From the NCBI RefSeq assembly GCF_001194135.2, contig NC_068982.1, positions 190,191,537-190,241,125 on the forward strand: a DNA stretch of 49,589 nucleotides. Reading direction: 5' to 3'. Shown here in pieces: positions 36,399-49,240 of this stretch. The position numbers and the translations under genes are program-made. The notes under the pieces were generated by a model that made no database searches, was not told the DNA's origin, and saw only the letters and a list, made by a program, of their open reading frames with translations. The stretch comes from Octopus bimaculoides (taxonomy: Eukaryota). Positions within the stretch are counted from its first letter, which is position 1; each line of letters opens with the position of its first letter.

Positions 36399-36672
36399 TA
36401 TTTTTAAAGGAAATTTCCACAAATCAGCTTCAGATGGTGGAGATTACGATTATATCGGAGATGAATATAAAATCTGATGAACCTGTACAAATACATATTG
36501 ACATACATCACAATGTTTTTCGAAATTTTATGCTTCATTTTATAGATATATGTGACCTGTGCCACTATGTATGTATACGAGTCCACCGAATTTTATTTTT
36601 CATATTAAATTCCGATATAATCGTAATCTACACCATCTGAAACGTATTTGTAGAAAATTTCATTAAAAAATA
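36399..36672. mobile_element. MITE with about 70-bp imperfect TIRs
   Basis: ttcagatggtggagattacgattatatcgga / tccgatataatcgtaatctacaccatctgaa, extending outward to aaattt and T/A runs. Confidence 0.75.
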
Positions 36673-37867
36673 CCAAAGCATTTCGTCCAGCGCGCCAACG
36701 ATTCTGTCCGGTCGATGCCTTTAGGACATTAATGATTTTTTCTACTCTTGGCACAAGGCCCGAAATTTTGGGGAGCGGAGTGGGGGGAAGTCGATTAGAT
36801 CGAACCAGTATGCAACTGGTACTTTATCGACCCCAAAAGGATGAAAGGCAATGGACATTAATAATGGCTGGAAGAAAACCAGAATAAGTTTTTAATGTTT
36901 CTGTCAGAAAGGGAGAAATGATTGTTGTGGTTGACTGTTTGACAGAAACCAATCATGAGTCGGGTGAAATATCCTTTCTTATCCTTCTACTCTGAAATTC
37001 CATCAACATCATTATCTCCCAATTAAAAAGACGAAAGCAAAACTTGAGTTTTGTTTCTGGTGCTTTAAACTTTCTTCTGCTAATTTGTTCTTTTTCTATT
37101 CTAAAATATAAAATATAAATCTTACTATAATATCTACGATGCTCTGTCTTCGAATATTTGTCCAAATTTATTGAACAAGCTGCAATTATTTCTTTCTGAC
37201 TCGATGAAAGGTGAATACATGTCTGTATATTTATCCCATTAGAGATCCAATGTCTTGTGTCTATGGCAGCAATTCTAGAATTAAGAAGTGTTTATAACTA
37301 ACCTCTTTCAGGAACTCCATTCTTTTTGTCCCTTTAGAGTTCATCGGTTGAGTTTTTTTTTCCTCCAGAAAATCTCTCTTGTTTATAAATTGTCGCCGCT
37401 TAATAATGTCTCTTTTTTCTCTTAATGTCTGTTTTTGACGTCTCCTTCTTTACTAAACTGTCGTCTGCCAATCACTCAAATTATCGTCTGCTGTTAATGT
37501 CTCTCTCTTGGCATCTCTCTTATAATTTAAACTGCCAACTGATGGGATTTCTGAATTTCATTTAACCTGTCGTTTTGCTCTTCGTTTATCTTCTTTAAAT
37601 AAACTGTCGTTTCTCTATTTTTAAAAAACTGTCATCTTCGATTTCTAAAACATCGTCCAAAGATAACTTCATGTCTTTCTGTGTGTGTGTGTGTCTCTCT
37701 CTCTCTTCCCTTTCTCCACCTTCCTCTCTCTCTCTCTCTCTCTTCCCTTTCTACACCTTCCCCTCTCTCTCCTCCATTTCTCCACACTTCCCCTCTCTAT
37801 CTCTTCCTTTTCTCCCCCTCTTCCCTTTCTCTCCACCTTCTCTCTCTCTTCCATTTCTCCCCCTCTC

Positions 37868-38252
37868 AGTATTTCGTTTGTCTCTATGTTCCGAGTTCAA
37901 ATTCCGCTGCAGTCGACTCTGCCTTTCATCCTTTCGGGGTCGATAAATTAAGTACCAGTTGCGTACTGGAGTCGGTCTAATCGACTGGCCCCCTCCCCCA
38001 AAATTTCGGGCCTTGTACCTAGAGTAGAAAAGAATAATGGTTTCAAATGTTGGCACAAGGCCAGAAACTTCAGGGGGAGGGCATTAGTCGGTTACATTAG
38101 CCCTAGTGTTCAACCGGTATTTATTTCATCGACCCTGAAACGTTGAAAGGCAAAGTCGACCTCGGAGGAATTTGAACTCGGTGACATTTCGTCTGTCTTC
38201 ACGTTTCTAAGTATTTTGTCTGGCGTGCTAACGACTCTGCCAGCTTGCTACC
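37868..38252. mobile_element. Two SINE-C copies tail-to-tail (37868-38032 +, 38050-38252 -)
   Basis: Each matches the family C consensus; opposite orientation, about 20 bp apart. Confidence 0.8.
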
Positions 38253-38752
38253 TTTCCTCGCCGCCGCCTTGTCAGATGTTTCCCTCTGCACCACAACATC
38301 CAGTCCCATTTTGTTAATGAAATGGCGTCTAAAATCTAATCTGATCTCGTATTTGAATTACATACCGACTCTGTTGTAGCTGTGAACATTACATCCTGTC
38401 TGTCATTCTCATTTTGCTCCAACTCCTAAGTGTGGAACCAGTCCTTGTTTGTTTACAGATTAACAGACCATGTTTCTAATTACCTAACAGGATGCTACAC
38501 AAAAGAGATGTATGCACTTGTCTGCAGCCCACATTTCTATGCTTCGATAGAAGCTGCTTTTTGATGTTGGGATGGGTAAGTGTTATCTGAACTTTAACCA
38601 GCCCAGAAACTTTGGCGGGTCGGGGTTGTGTGTGTGTTTATGTTTATGACAAGTTGCCAAATAAATTTAATAGCCTAATTTTCAAATGAGCAATATTGAC
38701 TTCTACAAATCATCTTCTCTTCTCCTCTTTCTCTCTCTCTCTCTCTTTCTTT

Positions 38753-38808
<56 letters not shown>

Positions 38809-39868
38809 NNNNNNNNNNNNNNNNNNNNNNNNNNNNNNNNNNNNNNNNNNNNNNNNNNNNNNNNNNNNNNNNNNNNNNNNNNNNNNNNNNNNNNNNNNNN
38901 NNNNNNNNNNNNNNNNNNNNNNNNNNNNNNNNNNNNNNNNNNNNNNNNNNNNNNNNNNNNNNNNNNNNNNNNNNNNNNNNNNNNNNNNNNNNNNNNNNNN
39001 NNNNNNNNNNNNNNNNNNNNNNNNNNNNNNNNNNNNNNNNNNNNNNNNNNNNNNNNNNNNNNNNNNNNNNNNNNNNNNNNNNNNNNNNNNNNNNNNNNNN
39101 NNNNNNNNNNNNNNNNNNNNNNNNNNNNNNNNNNNNNNNNNGTGCATGTGGTTGTATGTGCATGCGTGCGTGTATGGTTGAGTGTGTGCGTGTGTGGTTG
39201 CGTGTGTGGTCGTGTGTGTGTGTGCGTGGTTGTGTGGTTGTGTGTGTATGTAGTTGTGTGTGTGTGTGGGGGGGGGATGTATGTTTGGATAGGTAAATGT
39301 TAACATTTTCAATGTAATTAACCAAAATCATCTTAAATATTTATCTGGAAACAAAAGAGAAAAAAATGACTAGTTTGATAATTAATTCTGAATAAGAAAG
39401 AAAAAGACAAAAAAAAAAACTGAATGGCAACAAGACAACTCATGACATGTTTCAGTACTATTAGAACTCTTCAGCAAAGTATATTTTTACCAGTGTATGT
39501 CAGCTCCCTGAGGGATATAGAATTTTCCAGTGTATAAATATCATTGCCTCTTCAAGATATTTTTCTGTTTTTTGGCAGGGAAGAATGCAATGCCATGACC
39601 ATTTACAGAGCCTCCAAGACTAGGAGTGGGGGAAGATCCCTAAACCAGAAATCTAACCTAAATGCTTATAACCAGCATTACAAATGCATCTTAATGCATC
39701 CAAGGTGTCAAATAGTGATGTTAATATTGGCAAGAGATGAATTCTACCTGGATTGAATGGATAACAGACGACCAGCTGATGGACCATGAGCTCAGCCGTT
39801 GTGTAGACATTTCAGAGTATATTCTGGAGCAGATCACTTTATTCTACATTGCCTCTCTTAGTCTAGCT

Positions 39869-40340
39869 CAGCGGTTCTCAACCATTTTTGTTCTCTGTGG
39901 ACCCTCATAGCCATTCCATCATTAAAAAAAAATCCTTTAGTGTTTTTAGGATTAAATCTATTAGTGTCAGTGGCATGCAATAAGCACCGTTTTGTGTTAG
40001 TCATTGCCGGTGTGTAAATCTATTAGTGCCAGTGGCACGCAATAAGCACCCACTACACTCTCTGAGTGGTTGGCATTAGGAAGGGCATCCAGCTGTAGAA
40101 ACATTGCCAGATCAGATTGAAGCCTTGTGCAGCCTCCTGGCTTGCCAGTCCCCAGTCAAATCGTCCAACCCATGCCAGCATGGAAAGCAGACGTTAAATG
40201 ATGATGATAAATTGTATAAAATATTGTTAAAGTATTTTGTGTTTTGTAAAAATATATCCAATTTAATGCCCGTAAATTTGCACCACAAAATCTCCTGTGG
40301 ACCCTCAAGGGCCACAAGGAAACCTGGTTGAGAACCATGA
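39869..40340. mobile_element. hAT (Charlie-like) MITE with nested SINE-B
   Basis: CAGCGGTTCTCAACC...GGTTGAGAACCATGA; flanks GTCTAGCT / GTTTAACT (6 of 8 match) as a decayed TSD. Confidence 0.7.
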
Positions 40341-41177
40341 GTTTAACTGTTAGGCATATGTACCAAATGTCTTGCAGATCTTACCTATGAGATACCTGTC
40401 TTCTATCTAATGTTGTATTTGATTACCTCTGGCCAATTTAATGCTGTGAATCTGGAGGTAAAGAGCCTGCTCTTAAGAACTTCTTAGAGACATATCCAGG
40501 TTTTTTTGTCAGCGTCCTCATTTAATGTGCACTTTTCCATGCTTGTATGGGTCAGACAGAATTTGTCGAAGCAGATTTTCTTCAGCCAGATACCCTTTGT
40601 GCCTCCAGCCCTCACCTGTTTCCAGGCAAGGTCAATATTTTCCCATAGCTAGACATGTTTTTCAACAGAGGCCTGGAAATGAACAACCTCACTTTTATGA
40701 CCATGAAGCTCGTTTACAACCATTATGACATCTGGACAAGGGCACATGCGTGCACACACACACACACACACGCACGCACGCACACGCACGCACGCACACA
40801 CACACGCACGCACATACACGCACGCACGCACGCACACACATACACACACAACATGGGAGATGTGTGCAGAGCAATGAAAGCATTTTGCTTGCACTTGTCC
40901 AGTTTCTGAGCATTGCAGTCATGTGGCATTATGTCAAATCACTGATGTTGCATGTAGGAAGGAGAGTGTTTTTGCATAAATGTGTGTGTGTTTATGTGTG
41001 TATATCTTTTACTTGTTTTTGTCATTAGACTACGGCCATGCTGGGGCACCACCTTCAAGGATTTTTAGCAAAACAGTACTTTTTTAAAACTTAGTTCATT
41101 AAGTGGTTAATAGAATAAGTACCAAGTTACAGGGATGTAAACATACCAACACTGGTTGTCTAAGGGTGTAGTGGGAG

Positions 41178-41256
<79 letters not shown>

Positions 41257-41987
41257 GAGTTCCTGTCTACCAAATCCACTCACAAGGCTTTGGTCAGCCT
41301 GAGTCTAAAGCAGAAGACACTTGCCCAAGGTGCCATGTGGTTGGGAAGCAAACTTCTTACCACATTATTTCTATGTTTGTTTGTCTGGTTGTGTGTGTCA
41401 GTGTAAATTGCGTGTGTGTGTGTGTCTACAATAGTCTATCATAATTATCTCAAGTTCTGCCATAATCAGTTTTCAAATAGTTTTTTTTTATATGAAACTA
41501 AATAGTCATAGCATTGGATTTCCAACTTTATTAAATTCCTCTCTACACCCCCTCCTCCTCTTATCTCTCTCTCTCTCTCTTGCTTAACCTCCTAGTACCC
41601 CTCCCCTTGTGCTTCTTGTTCTTTCTTTTACCTTCCACCCCCACACACTCTTCTCCCCCCACTTTTATGGAGGCTAAATGGAGTTTACATCTTGACATAA
41701 AATGATGCAAATTTCGAAACCCAGTTCAAGGGAAGTGGAGAAAATCTGCAGCTTAAAAATAAGTGAGAGTATCAATGATGATGATGATGATGATGATAGA
41801 GGTGTAGGCGTGGTTATGTGGTGAGAAGCTTCATTCCAAACCACATGGCTTCTGGTTCAGTCTCATTGAGTGGTACCTTGCGTAAGTGCCTTCTATTATA
41901 AGCTCTGTGACAACCAAAAGTCTTATGAGTGGATTTGGTAAATGGAAACTAAAAGAAGCCCACCATGCGTGTATGCGTCTGCATGCA

Positions 41988-42965
41988 TAGTACTTAAGCT
42001 CAGGTTAGTCTTGCAGCAATTATCTCTATTCCCCCCCCCCACCAAGTAGGCCTACCAAATGAACAAAAGGACTGTTTTTCTGACATTCTGCAGGCTGCCT
42101 CAAAGACTTGTGATAATGATCTCACCTTTGTAGCTTTGGGCTTGAATGGGCATGCTGGGCAGCAATCCGGTATCTTCCATGGTGGACATGGGAACCATGG
42201 AATTGGTTCCCGAAACGAAGAGGGGACAAGACTACTGGAGTTCTGTGATGCAAATAACCTATTGATCTGCAAACACCAACTTCAGGAAGCCAGCTGGCCA
42301 GCCACCTGATAACCTACCAATCAGGTGACCATGCTAGCCAGACTGATTACATTCTCACCAGACAGCACGATGCATGGTTGCTCCTAAATACAAACACCCT
42401 CCCTGGTGAAGAATGTAACTCCCTGGCAGAGACCAGTCATTAGTGAGTTTAGACTCCAGGCCAGAAGGCTGCCAAAAAGCAGACCAATCAGGAAAAGAAG
42501 GATTTGGAAGCTTAAGGACCCTTCATATGGTCAGAGGTTTAGGGACATTCTGAGAAATTTGATGAGAGGGAGGAGGAACTACAGACTTGTAACATAGAAG
42601 GCAACTGGGGATTCCTGCAGGACAGCTTGCTAAGTGTCACAGTCCAAATCTGCAGTTGATGCAAAGTCTCACCCAGACCTAGGGTGACGTGGTGGGAGAA
42701 CGATGCTGTAGACAGGGCCATTAGAGCAAAGAAACAGGCCTGGAAGAGTGGGGGCAACAGGGAACTGTATCAGATAGCCAAAAGGGAAGTTAGGAGGCAG
42801 GTATATTTAGCCAGGGGAGAAGCAGAAAAGAAGTTTGCCTATGTTTAGCGATGTGAGGACCAAAAACTTGAAGTGATTCAGATTGCAAGACAGTGAATGA
42901 GAGAAAATTGTGATGTCATAGGAGAGAAATGTGTCCGAATGGATGATGGTGCACTTGCGTTTGAT
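41988..42965 (+). pseudogene. Decayed RTE-clade LINE fragment: AP-endonuclease C-terminal half and linker
   Basis: Fragments VLKLRLVLQ, VGLPNEQKD, NGHAGQ, GSRNEEGTRLLEFCDANNLLIC, TYQSGDHASQTDYIL (IDYIL motif); multiple frameshifts. Confidence 0.85.
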
Positions 42966-44079
42966 GAGATAAAAGTATACATCACTTGATTGACCAAACT
43001 ATAGGATGTTGTTACACATCACTGGTCACAATGCACTTTATTTTGGTTTTAGCTTTCAAATGATGCTACCCTGTTGACTTGGTGAGTAAGTCAGTATTCT
43101 TTTTAATTGGAAGGCTGGTCCATTGCAGGGTCACCCATTGACCACTGAATGGATTGGAGCAACATAAAATAAAGTGTTTTACTCAAGAACACAATGCACT
43201 CTCACTCTACCTCTCTATCTCCCTCTCCCTTGGTCTCGCTCTCTCTCTCTCTCTCTCTTTTGCATGCGTGCTCTCTCTCTCTCTCTCTCTCTCTTTTGCA
43301 TGCGTGCTCTCTCTCTCTCNNNNNNNNNNNNNNNNNNNNNNNNNNNNNNNNNNNNNNNNNNNNNNNNNNNNNNNNNNNNNNNNNNNNNNNNNNNNNNNNN
43401 NNNNNNNNNNNNNNNNNNNNNNNNNNNNNNNNNNNNNNNNNNNNNNNNNNNNNNNNNNNNNNNNNNNNNNNNNNNNNNNNNNNNNNNNNNNNNNNNNNNN
43501 NNNNNNNNNNNNNNNNNNNNNNNNNNNNNNNNNNNNNNNNNNNNNNNNNNNNNNNNNNNNNNNNNNNNNNNNNNNNNNNNNNNNNNNNNNNNNNNNNNNN
43601 NNNNNNNNNNNNNNCTCTCTCTCTCACGCTCTCTCTCTCTTTTGCCTGCGTGCTCTCTCTCTCTCTCACGCTCTCTCTCTCTTTTGCCTGCGTGCTCTCT
43701 CTCTCTTTTGCCTGCGTGCTCTCTCTCTCACGCTCTCTCTTTCTCTCTCACGCTCTCTCTCTCTCTCTCTTTCACACTCTTTCTCTCTCTCACGCTCTCT
43801 CTCTCTTTCTAATCATTTTATTTGACCATATGGTTGTGAGCATATATAGATACCCTCTCCGACTGCCATGATTGACTCAGTAGAACATTGAGGACGTGGC
43901 AGCTGCAGGAAATGAAAGAACCAGACCCAAGCACTCAATACGGGTATTCATTTTCAGCCGGAGCAGCATGAAATGAAGTGGCTTGCTCAAGGACACAATA
44001 CATCACTTGGTCTACAAACTGACCCCACAACCTTTTATTAGTGAGGTCAATACTCAAACCACCAGCCCCTATGCCTTGA

Positions 44080-44300
44080 CCTTTCAATATTTAAACAGGC
44101 CATATCTGGCCCAAATATTTTACCTGTTCTATGTTCAAACTGGCCTGATGCAGCCTCTCACACATACACTGCAATGCCATTCTAAAAATAAACAATGATA
44201 TCATCAAAATATCAAAGCTAAAAGGTAATGCATGACTAATTCAAAACAATTTTAATAAATAGACTTTACATTTGACAAAGGAAATCTGAATGCTAAAGGG
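44080..44300. mobile_element. Second piggyBac-like MITE type
   Basis: Right end ATGCTAAAGGG|TTAA; degenerate left end TTGA|CCTTTCAATAT. Confidence 0.5.
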
Positions 44301-46606
44301 TTAATGCATTCACTATTGTACTATTGTAAGTATTTGAGCAATAAGACACAAAAATGAAACAGTGGGTGTGGTGGTTAATATTTCATGACAGAGTTAAGAC
44401 ATGAGAATTTGAGGAGATTAAACGGTGGTTTGTGTCATTACAATAAATTTAAATGTTAAAATTCTGTAAGAAACTTCCTAATATCATGGGTTAGCATTTC
44501 CTTGGTACACTAACATTAAGCTTTTCTTTGTAATTTCATATTGCAAAACAGAAGTTCTGAATCATTTTTAAAATAAAATAGAAAAAAAATAAAAGGAGCA
44601 AACTATATTTCTGTTGTATTTTTTTTGGATTATATTTGATTTTTTTTCTTTTTTAATTCATTTCTAGCAAGATTCTTATTTTTAAGTTAAAATGTGATTT
44701 TTATGGTGAGCATCCAGCTGTAGAAACTCTGCCAGATCAGATTGGAGCCTGGTGCAGCCATCTGGTCCACCAGTCCTCAGTCAAATCGTCCAACCCATGC
44801 TAGCATGGAAAGTGGACGTTAAACGATGATGATGATGATGATGATGATGACTGTGCTGGACAAAATGCTTAGTGACATTTCATCTGTCTTTCCATTCTGA
44901 GTTCAAATTATGTCGATGTCCACTTTGCCTTTCATCTTTCCAGGGTTGATAAAATAATACCAGTTGCATACTGGGTCGATGTAATCAACTTTATCCCTAC
45001 CCCTGAATTTGCTGGCCTTATCCCAAGATTTTCTGTCTTGTGTTATTTTTATTAATTTCACCTTTTTCCTTTTAATTTCTACCCCGAGTCATTTTAATGG
45101 CTGACCAATAAAGACACAGGCACGGTTGTGTGCTTTAGAAGTTCTCTTCCCAATCATTCAGTTTCTGGTTCAATCCCACTGCATGGCACCTTAGGCAAGT
45201 GTCTTCTACTATCGCCCTTGGCTGAGCAAAGCACCACGAGTTAATTTGGTTGATGGAAACTAAAAGAAGCCTATCGTGTGTGTTTGTGCATTTGTTTGTG
45301 TCTCTTAGTCTTGACATGGCATGATGGTTGTAAATGAGCATCACTGTTTCACAGGTGGTGTCCTTTGTTTCCAATCTTCTATGAAAACCTGCCCAACAAT
45401 GGGGAAATATTACCCTATCTTGGAAACAGGTTAAGGTTGGCAACAGGAAGGGCATCCAGCTGTAGAAAATCTACCTCGGCAAATTTCACGTGACCCTGCA
45501 AGCCTAGAAACTCAAACATTAAAGTGATTACAATGTTGATGATAAATAGTTTTTGACATTTAAAGACATCCTGTATTCTAGGACTTGTCCTTAATTATCA
45601 GGTGGTTCTTTGTTTTTATTCTTAATTTGATGACATTAAATGTTACTTAATTGGACGTGAAAAGTTTAGTTGCGTGTTGAAAACATTTATAACGAGCATC
45701 TGTTGAAACAGTCATCATACGAGCAAACTTAAAATATCAAAGTCGTCAATTTAGAGGGGGGGGTCACAGGTTCAAATCTGTTGCGCAGTACATCGACCCA
45801 ATGTTTTTTTAGTTTCATTAAGTGATGACAAAGCTAAACCAATTGATGTTTTAGCAAAAACTTCCTACTTTTGATGACTCAGCGACTGGGTCAGAACTTT
45901 GCACCGAGCAAATTAGATAACTGCCCAAAGCACTAAAATCTGGGAATGCCATATAAATTCAATTCTGAACAACCTAAATTTCTAAATAAATTGCCATGTG
46001 CCATAAGGAATAGCGAAAATCAAAATGATGGATTGCATGTTTATTTTTGGTATGTTCTGGCAAATTTGAATGTTAAATGCTAATCACTGTTGTATTTTGT
46101 TATTGGCGAACAACTTCTCCTTTCTGATAAATGTGTGTTCTTAACATTCTCAATTCATTAGCATAGGATGACTTTGGGACACCTGGTGTTTCTACATCAT
46201 TGTGTCACCTCAGTTAGAGGCAGCCTGGACTAATGAACTGTGGCTCTTGTTTATAAGTTTAGCAAACAAATTATTTGCTAATGCATACTTATGTCTGTCA
46301 ATTGATGATGGATTGTAATGTACACAGGGATCAGCGAGAATCAGAATTTTGTATGTGTATAAATATGTGTATTCATGGAGTGAAATGACAGTCTGGTTTA
46401 ACAAAGGACTTACTCAAAATACCTGAAGAAACCCATTTTACACCTTTGATGATTGATTGTGATTAGTAATTATATCTTCTCATCAATGTAGTATGGGTGT
46501 AACAAACATGTACAAACAATTGTAGTGTTATAAAGAATCGCATTCAATCTATTTTCCCTTATTCATCTCTTTCTTTATAAATATCATATATACATATATA
46601 ATAGAT

Positions 46607-46717
<111 letters not shown>

Positions 46718-47024
46718 TATAATATAATATGTGACAATTATTCGGTTGCCATAATAAAACTCCAAGTTTCGGATGTCTGGGCTGTTGATGACTGCCAGAA
46801 ACAGTCGGAGCAGATTCTCAGCTTTTCATATAATAAACAGGTGTGTATTTGTATGTATATATATATGTATATGTATATCGTTAGGAAGGGCATCCAGCTG
46901 TAGAAACTCTGCCAAATTAGATTGGAGCCTGGTGTAGCCATCCGGTTGCACCAGTCCTCAGTCAAATCGTCCAACCCATGCTAGCATGGAAAGCGGACGT
47001 TAAACGATGATGATGATGATGATG

Positions 47025-47056
<32 letters not shown>

Positions 47057-47662
47057 AATGCATTTTGTGTGCATGTAGATGTATGTGTGTATGTTTATAT
47101 GGGGGTGTGTTTGTGTATGCATGCAGTATGGATATCTTTATATCTTTTGCTTGCTTCAGTCATGCTGGAGCACTGCCATGAAGAATTTTGATCAAGCAAA
47201 TCGACCCCCAGTACTTATTTTTTTTTTCTCTTTAGTCTGGTACTTATTCTATCGATCTGTTTAGCCGAACCACTAAGTTACAGGGCTGTAAACACACCAA
47301 CACTGGTTGTCAAGCAGTGGTGGGGACAGACACAAAGACACACAGAGAAATATTTCAGTCTCTGTCTACCGAATCCCCTCACAAAGCTCTGGTCAGCCCA
47401 AGGTTATTATATACAGCAGAAGACCCTTGTTCAAGGCATCACACAGTGGGACTGAACCCAAAACCATGTGGTTGGGGAACAAACTTCTTACCAAGCAGCC
47501 ATGCCTGCCTTTATCTTTCACACTCTCTGACCCTCCACCCCTCCCTGCTATTCAAGCTTTCAATTATATATCGTTAAGGAATTTTAATCAAGACAGATAT
47601 CTCCTTAGATTTCACTTTATCTGAAATCTTTGATAAGTTCTGAGTTTTTGTTTATTTTCCTA

Positions 47663-47694
<32 letters not shown>

Positions 47695-48004
47695 NNNNNN
47701 NNNNNNNNNNNNNNNNNNNNNNNNNNNNNNNNNNNNNNNNNNNNNNNNNNNNNNNNNNNNNNNNNNNNNNNNNNNNNNNNNNNNNNNNNNNNNNNNNNNN
47801 NNNNNNNNNNNNNNNNNNNNNNNNNNNNNNNNNNNNNNNNNNNNNNNNNNNNNNNNNNNNNNNNNNNNNNNNNNNNNNNNNNNNNAAATGGCCCCTCCCC
47901 CCAAATATGTGCTAATTGTTATCTTCAGCCTTTGTCTCTTATCTTCAAATTGAAGAACTTCTGAAAACCATGATAATGACTTTCTTTTATTATTTTTCTA
48001 CATT

Positions 48005-48277
48005 TCTCTGCTCTCTTTGATTCTGTGATAATCTTAAAGATTCTCTCTCTCACTCTCTCTCTCACTCTCTTTCTGTCTCTCTTTCTCTTTCTCTTTCTCT
48101 CTCTTTCTCCTTCAGTCTCTGTTTCTTTCTCTTTCTGTGTCTCTGTCTCTCTCTTTCTCCTTCTCTCTCTGTTTCTTTCTCTCTCTCTGTCTCTCTCCGA
48201 GTCTCTTTCTCTGTCTCTGTCTCTCTCTTTCTCTTTCTCTCTCTCTGTCTCTTTCTCTCTCTCTCTCTCTCTCTTTT

Positions 48278-48308
<31 letters not shown>

Positions 48309-48400
48309 TTCCCTCCTCTCTGCCTCTCACTCTCTCTGTCTCTTTATCTCTCTTTTTCTCTTTCTCTCCCCCTCTCTCTTTCTCTATCTCTCTCTTATAC
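48005..48400. repeat. (CT)-rich low-complexity tract (similar about 37685-37865 and 43230-43810)
   Basis: Direct reading; source of SLSL/ERER pseudo-ORFs. Confidence 0.9.
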
Positions 48401-48583
48401 ATGTGTGTATTTACGTTTCTTATATATCTTTTCCTTTTTGTTACTTGTTTCAGTGACTGGGCTATGGCCATGCTGGGGCACCACGTTGCAGAGTTTAGTT
48501 AAACAGATCTACCCTAGGACTTATTAAGTTTAGTCTTTATCCCATTGATCTCTTTTGGCAAACCATTTGCAGGGTGGGTGACC

Positions 48584-48620
<37 letters not shown>

Positions 48621-49004
48621 TACTTTGCATTCCATTCACAAAGTATTGGGGGAAAGCTATTGCTCTTTCTCTCTACCTCTCTTTATCTCTCTCTATCTCT
48701 CTCTGTCTCTCTATCCCTCTCTACCTCTCTAGCACTGGCAATGACCACGCTCAAATGGTGCTTTTTACACGTATTAATTAGTTATTTGTAATTATTGCTT
48801 GTGTTGCAGTTAGCTACTCCATGTTCAGAGTTCAGTTCTTGTTATGAGCAACTCTGCCATTCATTCTACCCAGGGCCAGTAAAATAAGTACCAGTAATAC
48901 ATGTTGGGATTTATTCAATTGACTAAAATCCTTCCTACAATACTGAAGGTCACTCAACCAACCATACTCCCTACCATACAAATTTGTGACCCTGTATTAA
49001 AAAC

Positions 49005-49240
49005 ATGGGCATAGACACAGTATTGTGGTAAGAAGTTTGCTTCCCAACCACATGTTTCCAGTTTCAATCCCACTGCATGGTACCATGGGCAAGTGTTTTC
49101 TATTATAACCTCAAGCTGACCAAATCTTTGTGAATGGATTTGGTAGATGGAAACTGAAAGAAACCCATTGTGTGTATGTGTGTGTGTCTTTGTCTGTGTT
49201 TGTCCCTCCATCACTACTTGACAACCAGTGTTGGTTTGTT
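49005..49240 (+). mobile_element. SINE-A copy, 3'-truncated and fused to an RTE RT fragment
   Basis: Head, (TG)n and start of tail (ttgacaaccagtgttgg), then an abrupt switch to LINE sequence. Confidence 0.8.

Noticed and set aside
36474-36500. Another CTGATGA as a hammerhead core
   Set aside because: No stem II or GAAA follows.
36950-37380. Possible decayed coding sequence on the minus strand
   Set aside because: Stops in all frames examined and no identifiable domain.
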